The notes under the pieces: model-generated | The model's database searches: none | What the model saw: only the letters and a program-made list of their open reading frames with translations | Told to the model about the DNA's origin: nothing | Program-made: the position numbers and the translations under genes | Origin: an uncultured Patescibacteria group bacterium | GTDB taxonomy: Bacteria > Patescibacteriota > Microgenomatia > UBA10105 > UBA927 | Reading direction: 5' to 3' | Assembly: GCA_937921305.1 (NCBI GenBank) | Contig: CAKZSU010000005.1 | Location: 10,740-74,739 of the forward strand | DNA: 64,000 nt | In this document: positions 60,409-64,000 of the stretch, one piece after another | Numbering within the stretch: position 1 is the first letter of the stretch | Layout of the letters: each line of letters opens with the position of its first letter

Positions 60409-61854
60409 ATGAACTATACAACCGTTCCATCATTGTCTCATGTCTCGCAGAGCGGTCTATGTGCTTTTCCTATTTTCGAAGGTTTCGAAGGGGAGATATT
60501 GCCTTCTGTCGTGGAACAAAAACTTCTACGAAGTATAGAAAAAGAAATTATAAGACAGTCTTTTTCTAAGAAGAAACACGACGCATTGCTTGTCTGTGGC
60601 AATGAACAGATTCATCATATTCTGTTGGTTGGCATGGGGAAGAGAGGGGATGTTCGGCCAAAGGATTGGCTGTTTTTTGGAGGGATTGTGGCGAGAAAAG
60701 CGAAGGAGATGAAGGTTGAAACAATTGCGATACTGGTATTACAGAACGCGGATGTTCAACGCGTTGTCGAAGGAATCCAGCTTGGATCATATACATTCAA
60801 TAAATATAAAAGCGAAAATGATGACACAAAGCATGTTATAAGAGAGGTAATTTTTGTCGGAGAAGGTGATATGTCTCCTTTCATAACAAGAGGGCAACTT
60901 TTCGCTTCCGCTGTGTCGTTTGCGAGAGACTTGGTAAATCGATCGCCTTCCGAAACAACGCCGTCGTATCTCGCCGATCTTGCGTCGCAGATTGCAAATG
61001 GCAGCTCAATGGTATCCTGCAACATTTTATCTCCTGACGAGATGAGTGATATGGGAGGATTACTTGGGATTGCCCGAGGGTCAAATCAAGCGCAGAAATT
61101 CATTCATCTTACTTATAACGGAGGGAGTAATAAAACAATTACATTGGTTGGTAAAGGCATTACTTTTGACACAGGCGGATTATCGTTGAAAACCTCGGAA
61201 GGAATGCAAACTATGAAACTTGATATGTCCGGAGCAGCAACCATTCTTGCCATATTTTCCGTTCTGGATCAACTTCGTCCTGACCTGGCGATTCATGGAC
61301 TTATTCCAGCGACGGAAAATATGCCTGGTCCAAACGCTGTAAAGCCCGGCGATGTAGTAAGGGCGTTAAATGGCAAAACTATTGAGATTTTGAACACCGA
61401 CGCGGAAGGTCGAGTCATTCTTGCGGACGCAATGTCATATGCAGAGAAACATATTAAATCAGACGCAATTATTGATGTCGCGACGCTTACCGGCGCGTGC
61501 ATGATCGCGCTTGGAGAAGAAGTCGCGGGGTTATTTTGTAATAATCGAGAGCTTCGAGATGCACTGCTTGTAAATTCACAACATATTGGCGAAGACATCT
61601 GGGAATTGCCACTGGTACAGTCATATAAAGAACAATTGAAGTCTCATGTGGCTGATATCAAAAATATCGGTGGGAAATATGGCGGAGCCATTACCGGTGC
61701 GTTGTTCATTGAAGCGTTTGTTCCGAAAGGAACGCCATGGGCGCATCTTGATATTGCCGGTCCGTCATTTACTGAGAAAGGTAATACGATTTGTCCTCCT
61801 GGTGGGACAGGCTTTGGCGTCCGACTGCTTCTCGCTTATTTATCTTCGATATAA
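60409..61854 (+). CDS. pepA: Leucyl aminopeptidase (M17)
   Basis: VGKGITFDTGG, MKLDMSGAA, NTDAEGR, HLDIAG. Confidence 0.96.
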   Translation: MNYTTVPSLSHVSQSGLCAFPIFEGFEGEILPSVVEQKLLRSIEKEIIRQSFSKKKHDALLVCGNEQIHHILLVGMGKRGDVRPKDWLFFGGIVARKAKEMKVETIAILVLQNADVQRVVEGIQLGSYTFNKYKSENDDTKHVIREVIFVGEGDMSPFITRGQLFASAVSFARDLVNRSPSETTPSYLADLASQIANGSSMVSCNILSPDEMSDMGGLLGIARGSNQAQKFIHLTYNGGSNKTITLVGKGITFDTGGLSLKTSEGMQTMKLDMSGAATILAIFSVLDQLRPDLAIHGLIPATENMPGPNAVKPGDVVRALNGKTIEILNTDAEGRVILADAMSYAEKHIKSDAIIDVATLTGACMIALGEEVAGLFCNNRELRDALLVNSQHIGEDIWELPLVQSYKEQLKSHVADIKNIGGKYGGAITGALFIEAFVPKGTPWAHLDIAGPSFTEKGNTICPPGGTGFGVRLLLAYLSSI

Positions 61855-61881
61855 AAATACAATATGGCATCCTGTGCAATA

Positions 61882-62355
61882 TTAACGAAGCAAGAAGAAA
61901 AAAAATAAAATAATGCCAATTTGCGTTGATATTCCGTGAATCAGCGTTGTTGTCCGGTGAAAATATGTATTCTGCCATTCGAGAAATGATTCATAGAGTT
62001 TTTCAAATCGACTTTCTCTTATTCTTTTGGTTTTTTCCTTAGATGCTAATAAGGGAAAATAAGGAACCATAATCCAATCTGGAATGTTCGCAAGCGACAC
62101 GGCGAGAAAAATTAGTGGAAGAGAGAGGGTATTAGAAAATATGAGTATCGGAATAAGAAATGCTATCGCGGTGTCTGTGATGGCCAGCACTCCTGTAGTT
62201 TTTTTGCTTCGCTTTGTCAAATCTGTGCCAAAGTCCCAATGCGGAATGATATCAAGAAGATAATGAGAGGCGATAATGAGCGCTCCCGCAACGAACGGAT
62301 TCGGGACGCTTTGCATAATTATTGTCCCAACAATCCCGTGAGTGGTTGCCATCAT
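61882..62355 (-). CDS. Membrane metal-dependent hydrolase-like protein
   Basis: TTH, SHYLLDIIPHWD, NIPD. Confidence 0.8.
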   Translation of the reverse strand: MMATTHGIVGTIIMQSVPNPFVAGALIIASHYLLDIIPHWDFGTDLTKRSKKTTGVLAITDTAIAFLIPILIFSNTLSLPLIFLAVSLANIPDWIMVPYFPLLASKEKTKRIRESRFEKLYESFLEWQNTYFHRTTTLIHGISTQIGIILFFFFLLR

Positions 62356-62364
62356 GGTCTCTAT

Positions 62365-62372
62365 AGTATACT
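62365..62372. promoter_or_regulatory. Bidirectional -10 element
   Basis: Palindrome AGTATACT gives TATACT on both strands, 7 and 9 nt before divergent ATGs. Confidence 0.65.
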
Positions 62373-62379
62373 AGAGATC

Positions 62380-63663
62380 ATGCAAAAAATGGAACGAGAC
62401 GAACTTTCTCCTTCTTTGGTTAAGACGCTTGGTATCCGATCTTTTCGGTTTTTGTGGATTGGTCAGATTTTTTCCCAGCTTGGCGCGAATATGTTATTGT
62501 CTCTCTTGGCGCTTCGCGTGTATGAAGTAACAAAAAGTAATACTGCCGTGTCTGCACTGTATATTACCTATGGATTGCCGGCGGTGTTGTTCGGCATGTT
62601 TGCCGGAGTGATTGTCGATCATGTTGATCGGCGGAAAGTGCTCATAGTGTGCAATATTGGACGAACTATTCTCATGATTCTCTTACTATTTTTTCATAAT
62701 AATATTTTTGTAATTTACGTCGTTATGTTTTTAAATTCCTTTATTGGGCAGTTATATTTTCCCGCCGAAGCCCCTTTGATTCCTCGATTGGTTCCGGAGA
62801 AGCATTTATTAACCGCGAATAGTTTGTTTACCTTCACATTTTTTTCAACGATCGCGTTAGGGTTTGTTCTTGCTGGTCCAGTATTGAAGTACACAAGCGC
62901 CATCGGCTCATTTTCTCTTCTTATTTCATTCTATCTTATTGCCATTTGGGCTGCATCAAATATTCCTCGACAGAGAGAAGATAGTGTAAGTATAGCAAGG
63001 ATGATTCGTACTAATGGAAGACACGTCCTAAAGCGAGTTGTTTCTGATATATTTCAAGGCGTCTTGTTTGCGATTGGTTCACGACGTATCGCAGATGCGC
63101 TACTTCTGCTTACAGAAACACAGATTGTTTTAGCAATTCTTGGGACGCTTGGGCCGGGATTTGCCGATCAAGTCTTGAAGGTTGATGTTACAGACGCGTC
63201 GCTTATTGTGCTTGGTCCCGCAGTTCTTGGCATTATTGCTGGCGCGTTGTGGGTAGGAAACTTTGGCGTATCGTTTTCTCCTCGACAACTTACCTCTATT
63301 GGCCTTTTTGGCGGTGGCAGTGTGTTATTGCTTCTTTCTTCTGTGGTATGGGTATACGATGTAATTCTGTTTTCACGATCATTATTGTTCGTTCTTATGT
63401 TTATTTTGTTTTTTTTATTGGGTTTTTCAAACAGTTTGCTTGATGTTCCTTCAAACGCGACGTTGCAGAATGCCTCTGTCGGAGGCATGCGAGGAAGGGT
63501 CTATGGAATTTTAACATCTGTGATTGGTGGCATTGGCATACTTCCTGTTGTTGCTGGCGGTATCCTCGCGGATACAGTTGGTATTCAAACGGTGTTGGTG
63601 ATGTTGGGATTTGTGATATCCGCGTATGGCATGATTCGGATGAAATTTAGCATAATACGATAA
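62380..63663 (+). CDS. MFS transporter
   Basis: FRFLWIGQ, GVIVDHVDRRK (motif A), about twelve TM helices, RGRVYG. Confidence 0.92.
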   Translation: MQKMERDELSPSLVKTLGIRSFRFLWIGQIFSQLGANMLLSLLALRVYEVTKSNTAVSALYITYGLPAVLFGMFAGVIVDHVDRRKVLIVCNIGRTILMILLLFFHNNIFVIYVVMFLNSFIGQLYFPAEAPLIPRLVPEKHLLTANSLFTFTFFSTIALGFVLAGPVLKYTSAIGSFSLLISFYLIAIWAASNIPRQREDSVSIARMIRTNGRHVLKRVVSDIFQGVLFAIGSRRIADALLLLTETQIVLAILGTLGPGFADQVLKVDVTDASLIVLGPAVLGIIAGALWVGNFGVSFSPRQLTSIGLFGGGSVLLLLSSVVWVYDVILFSRSLLFVLMFILFFLLGFSNSLLDVPSNATLQNASVGGMRGRVYGILTSVIGGIGILPVVAGGILADTVGIQTVLVMLGFVISAYGMIRMKFSIIR

Positions 63664-63676
63664 AATTAATATATAT

Positions 63677-64000
63677 ATGTTTCCTGTTCTTGTTTCCGTT
63701 GGTCCAATAACTGTATATACAGTGAATATCTTTTATATCATCAGTTGGTGCGTGTTTTCTTTTTTATTTTGGAGATATCTTCGCCATCATGGTATGCTAG
63801 AAGAGCGAATTTTTGATTTGACATTTTATGCAACATTGGGGTCGATTCTTGGCGCGCGATTAGGCTTTGTGTTCTTATATCCTCAATTATTCTCCGCGAG
63901 CATTCTTCTTGTTGGCGCGTTTTGGGTACAACCGGGCGTTTGGATTCAAGCGGGAATTTTTTCATTGTTTCTTGTTTTTTATCTTTACAGCAAACGTATT
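63677..64000 (+). CDS. Prolipoprotein diacylglyceryl transferase (Lgt)-family protein, 5' part (not in ORF track)
   Basis: Manual translation MFPVLVSVGPITVY...ILGARLGFV; runs off the window end. Confidence 0.75.
   Translation, partial: MFPVLVSVGPITVYTVNIFYIISWCVFSFLFWRYLRHHGMLEERIFDLTFYATLGSILGARLGFVFLYPQLFSASILLVGAFWVQPGVWIQAGIFSLFLVFYLYSKRI

Overview
Chromosomal segment of a Candidate Phyla Radiation bacterium, most likely Microgenomates/OP11 (inferred from 16S signatures, gene style and reduced content). It uses the standard bacterial code. The window is mostly housekeeping genes: rplA/rplK/nusG/secE, rpmG, rpmB, fmt/def, mreB, pbp2, dprA, topA, dcd, glmS, tmk, glyA, rpsF/ssb/rpsR, ctpA, htrA, prfA, rpmE, hisS, dnaB, mscL and pepA. 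It also holds seven tRNAs and a stand-alone 16S rRNA gene with two large helix expansions. Main oddities: (1) a compact four-gene operon (CooC-like ATPase, Y4yA-type PLP decarboxylase, cysteine-synthase/rhodanese fusion, SufS-type desulfurase) with a Fur/Zur-like palindrome in its promoter, a candidate sulfur-relay or metallophore pathway; (2) an rpmE(UAG)-hairpin-U7-prfA arrangement that looks like an RF1-sensing attenuator, feeding an RF1 that lacks domain 1; (3) an unannotated ~160-nt structured RNA with its own sigma70 promoter; (4) a 1067-aa RNase J/beta-CASP protein with a large unknown N-terminal region; (5) many -10 boxes only 5-9 nt upstream of start codons, suggesting leaderless genes; (6) a dispersed palindromic repeat family and several decaying accessory genes. 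No CRISPR array, transposase or prophage was seen. All calls are from reading the sequence; no database searches or folding programs were run.
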